Below, in pieces: positions 36,380 to 46,061 of a stretch of 64,000 bases of DNA; position 1 is the first letter of the stretch, and each line of letters starts with the position of its first letter. A model generated the notes under the pieces. That model searched no databases. It worked only from the letters and a program-made list of their open reading frames with translations, and was not told the origin of the DNA. This DNA comes from Bacteroidia bacterium (GTDB lineage Bacteria; Bacteroidota; Bacteroidia; Bacteroidales; Prolixibacteraceae): positions 18,629 to 82,628 of the forward strand of contig JANYKW010000089.1 of NCBI GenBank assembly GCA_025358025.1, written 5' to 3'. The translations under genes were made by a program, and so were the position numbers.

Positions 36380-38539
36380 TCAGTCCCGGGAAGGTGCTGC
36401 ATGCTGTCTGAACAGGCCCGAGAACCATTTTGACCTTTTTTTGATCAGTGTCATGCCCTTTTCAATGATGGTATTGTCAAAATCATGAGAAAACATCATT
36501 TCCGAAGTATCATCTGCTGTTGAGGTGTAAACCAGAATAAAACTAAAGGATTCAAAATGTTTGGACATCAGCCTTGGAATACTTTCCTGAGACAATTTAT
36601 AAGAGACACCACCACTTCTTGGAAGTGGAATAATAATCAGATCCGAATGGGATAAAAGTTGCCCCAGATTCTGAAACTCCTCCCACTCAGTAAATTCCGT
36701 ATGACTAATTCTGACAGATGATCGCTGTTGCCGGGTGAAATCAATTATTTGTTCGTATGTCTGCAATGTAGACAGAAATAGACAGGAGAGATCCAATGTC
36801 TTGCCCATTCTCAATACCCTGCTCAGCCAGTTTTGAAAACCAAATTCGTGGTCAGCAAATTTCGGACAGATGACCACAATTTTTTTATACCGGTTCAGGT
36901 TTGATTGGATGCTTGCGACCCAGATTGCCTGCTCGGTATTCTCAACAATATATTTGACATTGTTACCAAAAAGCATCTCAGAGAATTGATTTCTAAGGGC
37001 AAAACCCAGGATAATTTCTGAAGCAAATATCTCTTTGGCTACTCTTTTAATTCCGGCTGTTACTTTTTGGTCAATGGTAGTAACAATCTCTACTTTTTGG
37101 TCAATGGCAGCAGCATGTATAATCGCTTTTTCGAGCATTTTTTTGGCTTCGATCAATTTGGTGGAAGCTTTATGATCGTCATCCACAACAGACAGGCTCA
37201 CGATTGGGAATCGGTTTTTTGGAAATTTTATGGCGATGGCCAAATCGATCAGGCGTTCCATGGTATTGGGATTCGAGATCGGCACCAATATTTTTTGTTC
37301 ATGCTGAGGCATGATCGAGTGCTCTTTGGATTCATCTTCCTCGATAAGAATCTTCTTTGCAGCATTTTCCGTGATGAAGGAGGCCACCAGACATGTTACC
37401 AGTATCAGGACAATGGTGCCATTCAATACATTTTCATCAACTATTCCCATCTTAAAACCAACCATAATAACAGCCAGTGTAGCAGCAGCATGTGAACTGC
37501 TCATTCCAAAAATCAACCTGCGCCAGGTTGATGGAAATTTAAATGTGATGGATGTCATAACAGCCGCCAAATATTTTCCAATAATTGCCACAACTGTCAG
37601 CGTACCAGCAATAATCCATGCGGCAGAACCGTTACCGATCACTTTCAGGTTGATCAGCATGCCAACACTGATCAGAAAAAATGGAATAAAAATCGCGTTG
37701 CCGACAAATTCCAGACGATTCATCAACGAAGAGGTTCTGGGGACAAATCTGTTCAGTGCAATTCCTGCAGCAAAGGCGCCGATGATGGGTTCCAAGCCTG
37801 CTACTTCGGACAAAAATGCTGCAAAGAAAACCATTGAAAGGACGAAGATGAAATGAGATCTTTTTTCTCCTTCCAATTTTTTCAGGAACCAGGAGGTTAA
37901 CAAAGGGATCAGGAGAAAAACAACCATCAGAAACAGCAATACCGAAATAGCAAAATTGATCCAGAAATGAAGATTGATCAATCCCTTCACGGATCCGACA
38001 ATCACTGCGAAAAGAACAAGCACAGCAGTATCTGTCAACATGGTTCCCCCAACAGTGACAGCAACTGCTTCATGCCTTGAAATGCCCATTCTGCTAACAA
38101 TTGGGTAGGTGACGAGTGTATGGGTTGAGAACATGCTGCCAACAAGCAAACTGGCATTTAAATCGAGTCCAATCAGGTATCTGCATACCGGAAAACCTAG
38201 CGCCATAGGCACAATAAAGGTATACAGACCGAAAACAAGGCTCTTGTTTTTGTTGGCCTTGAACTCTTTCAAATCCAGCTCAAGACCAGCTAAAAACATG
38301 ATATAAAGCAACCCAATGGTAGAAAAGAGGTCGACTGCTGCATTTTTTTCAATCCAGCCCAATCCGTGAGGACCAATGATCAGGCCCGAAAGAATCAATC
38401 CGATGATGCCGGGTATTTTCAGGCTCCGAAGCAAAATTGGAGCAAGCAGGATAATGAATAAGATCACTGCGAAGATCAAAACCGAACTATGAAATGGTTT
38501 TTGCAGCAGATCTATCAGCCTGTCAAGAATTTGAGTCAT
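36380..38539 (-). CDS. Cation:proton antiporter (CPA family Na+/K+-H+ exchanger) with a ~300-aa cytoplasmic C-terminal regulatory region
   Basis: 719 aa. The first ~400 aa form 11-13 TM helices with Na_H_exchanger-like segments (IIGLILSGLIIGPHGLG, LLYIMFLAGLELD). The C-terminal half is soluble and USP-like. Confidence 0.8.
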   Translation of the reverse strand: MTQILDRLIDLLQKPFHSSVLIFAVILFIILLAPILLRSLKIPGIIGLILSGLIIGPHGLGWIEKNAAVDLFSTIGLLYIMFLAGLELDLKEFKANKNKSLVFGLYTFIVPMALGFPVCRYLIGLDLNASLLVGSMFSTHTLVTYPIVSRMGISRHEAVAVTVGGTMLTDTAVLVLFAVIVGSVKGLINLHFWINFAISVLLFLMVVFLLIPLLTSWFLKKLEGEKRSHFIFVLSMVFFAAFLSEVAGLEPIIGAFAAGIALNRFVPRTSSLMNRLEFVGNAIFIPFFLISVGMLINLKVIGNGSAAWIIAGTLTVVAIIGKYLAAVMTSITFKFPSTWRRLIFGMSSSHAAATLAVIMVGFKMGIVDENVLNGTIVLILVTCLVASFITENAAKKILIEEDESKEHSIMPQHEQKILVPISNPNTMERLIDLAIAIKFPKNRFPIVSLSVVDDDHKASTKLIEAKKMLEKAIIHAAAIDQKVEIVTTIDQKVTAGIKRVAKEIFASEIILGFALRNQFSEMLFGNNVKYIVENTEQAIWVASIQSNLNRYKKIVVICPKFADHEFGFQNWLSRVLRMGKTLDLSCLFLSTLQTYEQIIDFTRQQRSSVRISHTEFTEWEEFQNLGQLLSHSDLIIIPLPRSGGVSYKLSQESIPRLMSKHFESFSFILVYTSTADDTSEMMFSHDFDNTIIEKGMTLIKKRSKWFSGLFRQHAAPSRD

Positions 38540-38741
38540 GGGATCGGGTAAAGTCGAATTTCTGTTTCCAAATATAGACTTTTAAAGCGAAACTAGCCCG
38601 AAAATCTCTGCTAATACCATTACTATTCTTATCTTTGGAACCGTCAATTTTCTACGAATAAAATTCTAATCACTTTTGATCATATTTGTTTTAAACTTTT
38701 AAATCAATAAGGAGTCAAATCGAAGAATCAACCTGTTTGCT

Positions 38742-40091
38742 ATGAACAAAAAAAAATTACTGATCATTCTTTCTGTTTCAATCGTTCTGTTAATCCTTGT
38801 AATCTATAGTTTCAGCGGAAAATCCGGTGAAGAAATGATCACATGTCAGGTAAAAAGAGGATCCATCGAGGTGAAAGTTCATACATCCGGTCAGCTGGAG
38901 TCCGAAAAATCAGAAAATATTTTACTCCCATCAGTCCTGTCAGGTCAGAATGTGAGGGTATATGAGATCAAAATCACCGACCTGATTGAAGAGGGTTCAG
39001 TCGTGGATTCGGGCCAGTATATAGCCACACTTGACCACAAAGTTATCGAGGAGGTATTGACAGCCGCACGCCTGGAGCTGGAAGCATCCATGGTGGTTAT
39101 CGAAGATGCCAAATTGGATTCCAACCTGAATCTGAGTAATTACCGCGATTTGATTACCAACTCCCGGTCTGATGTTGAAGAGCGAAAAATCGTCCTGGCT
39201 GAATCTGTCTACGAATCGCCCTCTGTAATCAAAAAAGCAGAAATGGACCTCAACAAGGCTGAAAGAAAACTGGAGCAGGATATCAAGGGTCTTGCCATGC
39301 GGTATCGACAGCTTAATTCACAGATGGATCGTCGGATTATCGATTTCAAATTGAAAGAAAAAAGGGTCAATGACCTCTTAAAGCTATATGATGCCCTGAT
39401 AATCAAAGCCCCCAAGCCTGGCATGGTCATCTATGCCAGAGACCGTTTTGGAATCAAAATTCAGGTAGGATCCGTGCTGACGCCATGGAGTCCGATCATT
39501 GCCACCCTCCCGGATATGACGAAGATGATCTCGGAAACCTATATCAATGAGATCGATATCGCAAAAATTAAAGTCGGACAGAAAGTAACCCTGAGCATCG
39601 ATGCATTTCCTGACAAGGAGTTGCAGGGTGAAGTAATTTCGGTTGCCAACATTGGCCAGCCTATGCCCAAAAGTGATTCCAAAGTATTCCTGGTCGTAAT
39701 AAGGGTACACGGCAGTGATCCGGTTTTAAAACCGGCTATGACAACCGGCAATTTAATTCAGACAGGGGTATTCACCGATAAGTTATATGTGCCTTCAGAA
39801 GCTGTCTTCGAAACTGATTCGACCCGCTTTGTATATCTGAAAAAGAACAAAATTGTTAAACAATTGGTAGATACCGGAGATGAGAACGAAGATTACAGGA
39901 TTATCAACAAAGGGGTTGTCGAAGGTGATATTTTAATTTTAAATGAACCCGAAAAATCAGAAGATATCGAAATCACAGGTTGGGACATTTACCAGGAACA
40001 ACTAGCCAGACAGAAGGTGCTCAAACTTGCCGGGGATTCAACATCAAAGTCAGATGCAGCTAAAAATGAGTTAAATGCACAAAAAAACTGA
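38742..40091 (+). CDS. Efflux transporter periplasmic adaptor subunit (HlyD/MacA-like), paralogue 1
   Basis: 449 aa with an N-terminal TM anchor, a long coiled-coil hairpin region, and the beta-barrel block IATLPDMTKMISETYINEIDIAKIKVGQKV...KPAMTTGN. Confidence 0.8.
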   Translation: MNKKKLLIILSVSIVLLILVIYSFSGKSGEEMITCQVKRGSIEVKVHTSGQLESEKSENILLPSVLSGQNVRVYEIKITDLIEEGSVVDSGQYIATLDHKVIEEVLTAARLELEASMVVIEDAKLDSNLNLSNYRDLITNSRSDVEERKIVLAESVYESPSVIKKAEMDLNKAERKLEQDIKGLAMRYRQLNSQMDRRIIDFKLKEKRVNDLLKLYDALIIKAPKPGMVIYARDRFGIKIQVGSVLTPWSPIIATLPDMTKMISETYINEIDIAKIKVGQKVTLSIDAFPDKELQGEVISVANIGQPMPKSDSKVFLVVIRVHGSDPVLKPAMTTGNLIQTGVFTDKLYVPSEAVFETDSTRFVYLKKNKIVKQLVDTGDENEDYRIINKGVVEGDILILNEPEKSEDIEITGWDIYQEQLARQKVLKLAGDSTSKSDAAKNELNAQKN

Positions 40092-40146
40092 CACATTTAC
40101 GAGTCTGATCTATTGAATCTTTGATTACCATGCAAAATAACTTCCC

Positions 40147-41511
40147 ATGAAGATAAGAGCCTTTTATACCAGATATTCCTACAATGTTCAGATTGCCATT
40201 GAAGCGATCATAGCCAATAAGGTTAAATCGCTGCTGACTGCTTTGGGAATCATTTTTGGTGTAGCTGCTGTTATCAGTATGCTGGCTATTGGCAACGGTG
40301 CCGAGCAGGAGATTCTCGAACAGATAAAAATGGTCGGTGTGAACAACATCATCGTGACTCCCATCTTGCAGTCGGATCAGGCCAGTAACAATGATGCCAA
40401 AGCAGGAAGCGCTACAGAAGCCAATCAGCTTGCCGGAAGCAAAAAGAAATTTTCGAAAGGACTCACCTTGCTGGATGCGGCATCTGTAAAGCAGATTATC
40501 CCGACAGTCGAGGATGTCTGTCCGATAATAACATTCAATTATACCGCGATTCTGCATGATATCAGCAGTCCGGTTAAACTGGATGGTACCGACAACACCT
40601 ATTTTAATCTTTTTGATATAAAACTTGAGAGTGGCACACTTTTTCACGATCAGCACACCAAAGAGGGTTATCCGGTATGCATTATCGGTTACAATATCAA
40701 GAACATCTTTTTCAACCAGGAATCGCCCATTGGCAAATACATCAAATGCGGACAGATCTGGCTTCAGGTCATCGGTGTCATAGAAAAGCGAAATTTTGTT
40801 GGCTCAGGCGGAGGAACCATGTCCATCAGCAGTACAGACAACAGCATCATCATCCCTGTAAAAACCATGCTTCTCAGATACAGGAACAGGGCGTTAATCC
40901 GGGGTGATCAGGTTAAACTGGTAGGGTCAGGAAGAGACAATGTCAGCAACAAAATTGAAGATATCAATCAACTGGATAAAATTATCATCCGGGTAAAGGA
41001 GACACAACAACTCACGGCAACCGCCAAAATTGTCGGGAATATGCTGATGCGTAAACACAATGACATCCATGATTTTGAAGTGAGTATTCCCGAATTATTA
41101 TTGAAACAGCAGCAAAAGACCAAAAATATCTTCAATATTGTACTGGGAGCCATTGCAGGTATTTCCTTGATAGTCGGAGGAATAGGAATCATGAACATCA
41201 TGCTGGCATCTGTCATGGAGCGTATCCGTGAGATAGGCACCCGTCAAGCCATTGGAGCTTCCAGAAAAGACATTGTATTTCAGTTTTTATCTGAATCGAC
41301 CCTGATCAGTTTGGCCGGAGGGCTGATCGGGGTGGTGCTTGGGGTGGCTTTATCCAAAATAATCCAGACAGTATTTGATATTAAGACAATCATCTCCCTG
41401 TTTTCCATCTTTATTTCATTCGGCGTTTCCGTTTTTATCGGGATCACCTTCGGGTATCTCCCTGCAAAACAAGCTGCTGACAAAGATCCGGTTGAATCTT
41501 TAAGACAATAA
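40147..41511 (+). CDS. MacB/FtsX-type ABC transporter permease (MacB periplasmic core domain plus FtsX domain); no fused ATPase
   Basis: 454 aa. It has an N-terminal TM helix, a ~250-aa periplasmic domain, and three C-terminal TM helices with ERIREIGTRQAIGASRKDI. Confidence 0.85.
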   Translation: MKIRAFYTRYSYNVQIAIEAIIANKVKSLLTALGIIFGVAAVISMLAIGNGAEQEILEQIKMVGVNNIIVTPILQSDQASNNDAKAGSATEANQLAGSKKKFSKGLTLLDAASVKQIIPTVEDVCPIITFNYTAILHDISSPVKLDGTDNTYFNLFDIKLESGTLFHDQHTKEGYPVCIIGYNIKNIFFNQESPIGKYIKCGQIWLQVIGVIEKRNFVGSGGGTMSISSTDNSIIIPVKTMLLRYRNRALIRGDQVKLVGSGRDNVSNKIEDINQLDKIIIRVKETQQLTATAKIVGNMLMRKHNDIHDFEVSIPELLLKQQQKTKNIFNIVLGAIAGISLIVGGIGIMNIMLASVMERIREIGTRQAIGASRKDIVFQFLSESTLISLAGGLIGVVLGVALSKIIQTVFDIKTIISLFSIFISFGVSVFIGITFGYLPAKQAADKDPVESLRQ

Positions 41512-41518
41512 TTATCAT

Positions 41519-43006
41519 ATGATCCGTACTTTTGTTTTCATTCTGTTCCTTTTCAGTCTTAAGTTCTCCATGTCCCAGGAGAATTCGATGAAACTATCAC
41601 TATATGAGGCGATTGATCTGGCATCCAGCCAATCGCTGGATGCCTTCAGACAACAAAATATGTACCTGGCGAGTTATTGGGAATACATTTATTACAGGTC
41701 TGACAGGCTTCCCCAGTTAGCAATAGGGGCCAATCCAATATCTTACAACAATTCGATCAGACAGGATTATGTTCCGCTGACTCAAGGCTGGCAATATACA
41801 CAGCAAAAAAATATCACCTCCAGTGCTTCCCTGAGGGCGACTCAGAACGTCCCGTTAACAGGAGGAAGCTTCTCTGCAAGTACAGACCTTGGAATGGTCA
41901 AGAATTTTATTGGAGATCAGTCAACCAAATTTTCTGCGAACATGATTAGTTTGGGTTACAAGCAAAAACTCAATGGATACAATAGTCTGAAATGGAAATC
42001 AAAGATTGAACCTCTCAAATTTGAGACTGCTAAAAGGAATTTCATCCAGTCCAGAGAGGATATAGCCGTCAAAACTACTTCGAAATTTTTCGAGCTGGTA
42101 GATGCCCAGATTGAAATAAATATCAGCACAACCAACCTAGCCAATGCCGACACCCTTTACCAGATAGGAAAAGGAAGATACCAGGTTGGCACCGTGACCC
42201 AGGATGAGCTTCTTAATTTCGAGTTGAACCTGATGAATGCGCGCATTGCGCTGACACGCGCCAATCAGGGGCTCTTGCGGGCACGATCCGACCTGAATAT
42301 TTTTTTGGGTCTGGAAGAAAATGCAACCATAGAATGTGTATTGCCCAAGGCGCTCTCCGCAGAATTTCAGATTAGCGTTGAAGATGCCGTCAATAAATCC
42401 ATGCAGAATAATCCTGACATCCTTGCTCAGGACCGCCAGATACTGGAACAGGACAGCAATGTAAAATACGTACAATCCCAAAATGGTCTGAGTGCCGATA
42501 TCAGTGCACTTGCAGGTTTTAATCAAACATCCATTGGCCTGGCCGGGGCATACAGATATCCGAATCAATTCCAAAATATTGGATTGGTTGGAGTTTCTGT
42601 GCCAATTATTGACTGGGGAAAAAGAAAAGGACAGCTTTTGATGGCTAAATCAAACCGTGAAGTTGTTGTTAATACGGTCAAACAGCAGCGAATTGACTTC
42701 AAGCAAACGGTGATGATGAATGTGTTGGAATTCAACCTTCAATCTGAACAGGTATTGAATTCAGCCAAGGCAGATACCATTGCACGTATGGGATACGATG
42801 TGACTATGCGACGTTTTAAAATTGGTAAACTTGATGTGACCAAATTGAATCTGGCCAGGGCAGATCTGGAAAATGCAAGAAGAGCCTATATTGCATCATT
42901 GCGCAAATATTGGGCTTCTTACTTCCAGATCAGGCAGTTAGCCTTGTATGATTTTCAAAATAAGGTAGATTTAACAGCCGATTTCGATAAAATACTGAAC
43001 CAATGA
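41519..43006 (+). CDS. TolC-family outer-membrane efflux protein
   Basis: 495 aa with a signal peptide and two OEP-type repeats with coiled-coil segments (LDAFRQQNMY..., ADLENARRAYIASLRKYW). Its stop overlaps the next start (ATGA at 43003-43006). Confidence 0.8.
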   Translation: MIRTFVFILFLFSLKFSMSQENSMKLSLYEAIDLASSQSLDAFRQQNMYLASYWEYIYYRSDRLPQLAIGANPISYNNSIRQDYVPLTQGWQYTQQKNITSSASLRATQNVPLTGGSFSASTDLGMVKNFIGDQSTKFSANMISLGYKQKLNGYNSLKWKSKIEPLKFETAKRNFIQSREDIAVKTTSKFFELVDAQIEINISTTNLANADTLYQIGKGRYQVGTVTQDELLNFELNLMNARIALTRANQGLLRARSDLNIFLGLEENATIECVLPKALSAEFQISVEDAVNKSMQNNPDILAQDRQILEQDSNVKYVQSQNGLSADISALAGFNQTSIGLAGAYRYPNQFQNIGLVGVSVPIIDWGKRKGQLLMAKSNREVVVNTVKQQRIDFKQTVMMNVLEFNLQSEQVLNSAKADTIARMGYDVTMRRFKIGKLDVTKLNLARADLENARRAYIASLRKYWASYFQIRQLALYDFQNKVDLTADFDKILNQ

Positions 43007-44241
43007 GACTATCAAAATCAAAAAAGACAATTGTTTTGTCGGGTTCTCTCGTGTTATTGTTCGTGATCGTTGTATGGATCTCACGGAGTAAAGCAGACAA
43101 GGGAATTTATAAAGTTAAAAAAGACAACTTTGAAGCTGTTATTTCCTGCAAAGGAGAGATACAGAGTGAAAAAGCTGTACTGATAAATATTCCCGATATT
43201 TTTGGCGACAGGACACTTGAGCTTTGGGATACGCAGATAAAGGATCTGATTCCTGAAGGTTCAATTGTAAAAAAAGGTGACTATGTTGCCCTTCTCGACC
43301 AGGGCAGGATCAAACAACTAAAGGAAAATAATGAGGAGAGGCTGAAAAAAATGATATTTAATTTAAACGATTCTAAGATTGACAGTGCAGTTGATCTTGT
43401 GGCTCTTAGAAACAGTATCGATCAATTTGATTATGATCTTAGCAACAGTAGAATCGAATTGGATCAGTCTGTCTATGAATCTCCAGCCTTTCAGCGCCGC
43501 GCCAGGATGGCTTATGAAAGAACGGAGAGGCAAATGGATGCAAAAAGACGTGCCTACCTGATGACACAGAAAACACTGAGAATTCAGGTGGCAAGAGAAG
43601 AAGCACTGGTCGAAGAATTTACAATCAAGGACAGAAAATATCAGCTGGCATTTGATGGTTCCAGAATTACCGCACCCCAGGACGGCATGCTTATTTATGG
43701 GAGAACTTTCGGTAGGGGTGGAAGCCGCAAACTCACGATCGGATCCTACGTGAGCATGCAAAATCCGGTGATTGCTACCTTGCCTGATTTATCTGTCCTG
43801 GCTTCTGAAACCTATGTGGAAGAGATCTACATCTCAAAAATAAAAATTGGTGACAGTACCAGGGTATATATTGATGCATTGAAAAATCAACAAAAAATCG
43901 GAGTGATCTCCAATATTTCAAATGTCGGTCAGGAGATGTCCGGATTTGAGTCCAAGGTGTTTAAGGTCATCATCCGCATATCCAGCGACAATAAGCGCAT
44001 CAAACCAGCAATGACTACCAACAACGAGATAATCATCTCCAAAGAACCCAATGTTCTTGTGATCCCCAAACCGGCACTTTTTTCGGATGGTCCTGAAGAG
44101 TTTGTCTATCTGAAAGAATTCAGTGGTATAAGCAGACGAAAAGTGGAATGTGGTAATCACAGCGATAAGTTTGTCGTCATCAAAAGCGGATTGAAAGAGG
44201 GTGATAATATTTTATTGAACAAACCCGTCAATGAACTTTAA
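43003..44241 (+). CDS. Efflux transporter periplasmic adaptor subunit (HlyD/MacA-like), paralogue 2
   Basis: 412 aa, colinear with the 38742-40091 product (IATLPDLSVLASETYVEEIYISKIKIGDST...KPAMTTNN). Confidence 0.8.
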   Translation: MRLSKSKKTIVLSGSLVLLFVIVVWISRSKADKGIYKVKKDNFEAVISCKGEIQSEKAVLINIPDIFGDRTLELWDTQIKDLIPEGSIVKKGDYVALLDQGRIKQLKENNEERLKKMIFNLNDSKIDSAVDLVALRNSIDQFDYDLSNSRIELDQSVYESPAFQRRARMAYERTERQMDAKRRAYLMTQKTLRIQVAREEALVEEFTIKDRKYQLAFDGSRITAPQDGMLIYGRTFGRGGSRKLTIGSYVSMQNPVIATLPDLSVLASETYVEEIYISKIKIGDSTRVYIDALKNQQKIGVISNISNVGQEMSGFESKVFKVIIRISSDNKRIKPAMTTNNEIIISKEPNVLVIPKPALFSDGPEEFVYLKEFSGISRRKVECGNHSDKFVVIKSGLKEGDNILLNKPVNEL

Positions 44242-44272
44242 ACAGGATTTCTAAACTAAAGCTTACGGATTT

Positions 44273-45907
44273 ATGATGAGATCAATGATTTTCGCAATAT
44301 TGGCTATCGTGGTTGTATCCTGCTCTACCGTTAAAAAAAATGAAGGTGAAGATGCCATTCTTTATAGAAATATTGAAAAACATATAGCCGTATTGTCATC
44401 CGATAGCTTTATAGGTAGGATGCCTGCTTCGGAAAGTGAAAAAATCACGATTGATTACATCGCATCTCAGATGAGGGAGCTCGGTCTTGAACCTGCCAGT
44501 AAGGGAAGCTATTTTCAGGAGGTTCCTATACTATCGGTCAGCTCCAGGATATCGAATACACTAGATTTTAATACACCCCGGGGAACACTCAAGTTCCAAA
44601 AATTCAAAGATTATATTTCATTTTCAAGACGGATGGAAAAGGAGCTCTCTTTGGATAAATCTGAACTTATTTTTGCCGGATTTGGTATCACCGCTCCTGA
44701 ATACAACAAAGATGATTTCCAGGGCATTGACCTGTCGGGAAAAACAGTTTTGGTTTTTGTCAACGATCCCGGATACGGAACCAGTGACAGCTATTTCAAA
44801 GGGAATACAATGACCTATTATGGCCGGTGGACCTATAAATTCGAAGAAGCAGCGCGTCGTGGAGCTAAAGGTTGCCTGATCATCCATGAGTCCAAACAAG
44901 CAGGTTATCCATGGCAGGTCGTTTGTAACAATGGTGAAACAACAAAACTATATCTTAAACCTGAAAATGGATACGAAGATCGTTGTGCATTTGAGGGCTG
45001 GATTTCTAAGGCAGCCGCCGAACAACTATTTTCTGCATGTGGAATGAGTTTTGATCAAGCCAAACAATTGGCTTTGCAAAAAGACTTTAAGCCACAAATT
45101 CTGCCGGTAAACGTTTCCGGCAAGATCATGAATCACTTTGAAACAAAAACATCCAACAACGTCTGCGGACTGATTCCCGGCAGTAAACATCCCGACGAGG
45201 TGATTGTGTTTACCGCGCACTGGGACCATCTTGGAACAGGTACAAAAGTGAACAATGACAGCATTTACAACGGGGCTACCGATAATGCCAGCGCTGTGGC
45301 CTGGATGCTGGAGATGGCCCGTGGATTCAAATCTGCAAAACCCGTAGACCGATCCTTACTTTTTTTATCTGTTACCTGCGAAGAATCAGGCTTGCTTGGA
45401 TCATCCTACTATACAGAACATCCATTCTTCCCCATGAACAAAACCGTGGCTTGCATCAACACAGATGTTTTACTCTTTATGGGAAAATTCAAGGATGTGA
45501 TGCTCACGGGCTCCGGTCAGTCCGAACTGGACAGTTGGGTAGAAATTGAAGCTAAAAAGCAAGGTAGATACCTGGCTCCTGATCCTAACCCGGAAAATGG
45601 AATGTTTTTCCGTTCCGATCAATTTCCTTTTGTCAAAAAGGGAGTTCCCGCCATCTATGCCAAAGGATACGTGGATGCCGCGAAGTATGGAAAAGTTGAG
45701 ACCCTTAAACTGGTAGATCGTTACTGGAAGGAAACCTATCATACTCCCTCTGACGAATACCATCCTGCTTCTGACGATTTGAACGGTGTCCTGGAGGATG
45801 CAAAACTGCTTTATCATGTTGGTACCAATCTTGCTAACTCGACAGTCTGGCCCGAATGGAATCATGATTCAGAGTTCAAGACTACCAGGGACGAGTCACG
45901 AAAATAA
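44273..45907 (+). CDS. M28-family aminopeptidase lipoprotein with PA domain
   Basis: 544 aa with lipobox-like AIVVVSC, HWDHLG, and NGATDNASAVAWMLEMAR (zinc-ligand region). Confidence 0.8.
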   Translation: MMRSMIFAILAIVVVSCSTVKKNEGEDAILYRNIEKHIAVLSSDSFIGRMPASESEKITIDYIASQMRELGLEPASKGSYFQEVPILSVSSRISNTLDFNTPRGTLKFQKFKDYISFSRRMEKELSLDKSELIFAGFGITAPEYNKDDFQGIDLSGKTVLVFVNDPGYGTSDSYFKGNTMTYYGRWTYKFEEAARRGAKGCLIIHESKQAGYPWQVVCNNGETTKLYLKPENGYEDRCAFEGWISKAAAEQLFSACGMSFDQAKQLALQKDFKPQILPVNVSGKIMNHFETKTSNNVCGLIPGSKHPDEVIVFTAHWDHLGTGTKVNNDSIYNGATDNASAVAWMLEMARGFKSAKPVDRSLLFLSVTCEESGLLGSSYYTEHPFFPMNKTVACINTDVLLFMGKFKDVMLTGSGQSELDSWVEIEAKKQGRYLAPDPNPENGMFFRSDQFPFVKKGVPAIYAKGYVDAAKYGKVETLKLVDRYWKETYHTPSDEYHPASDDLNGVLEDAKLLYHVGTNLANSTVWPEWNHDSEFKTTRDESRK

Positions 45908-46061
45908 ATTTTCTATTTAAACCTTATTTCAACATTTCAGTCCATGTTTGATAAATGTAGCGGTCAATTTACTTAAACAGTAAATCTCATTTTTTCCCCT
46001 GCGCATTTTTGTTACTATTGTCGGTTTATTATCTGCTAACACCTTAAAATCAATTTATAAT

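Noticed and set aside
37067-37856. Plus-strand ORFs of 142 aa and 181 aa
   Set aside because: They are antisense to the cation:proton antiporter gene. They are shadow ORFs.
40060-40656. 198-aa minus-strand ORF
   Set aside because: It is antisense to the MacB/FtsX permease N-terminus and periplasmic domain, with no motifs.
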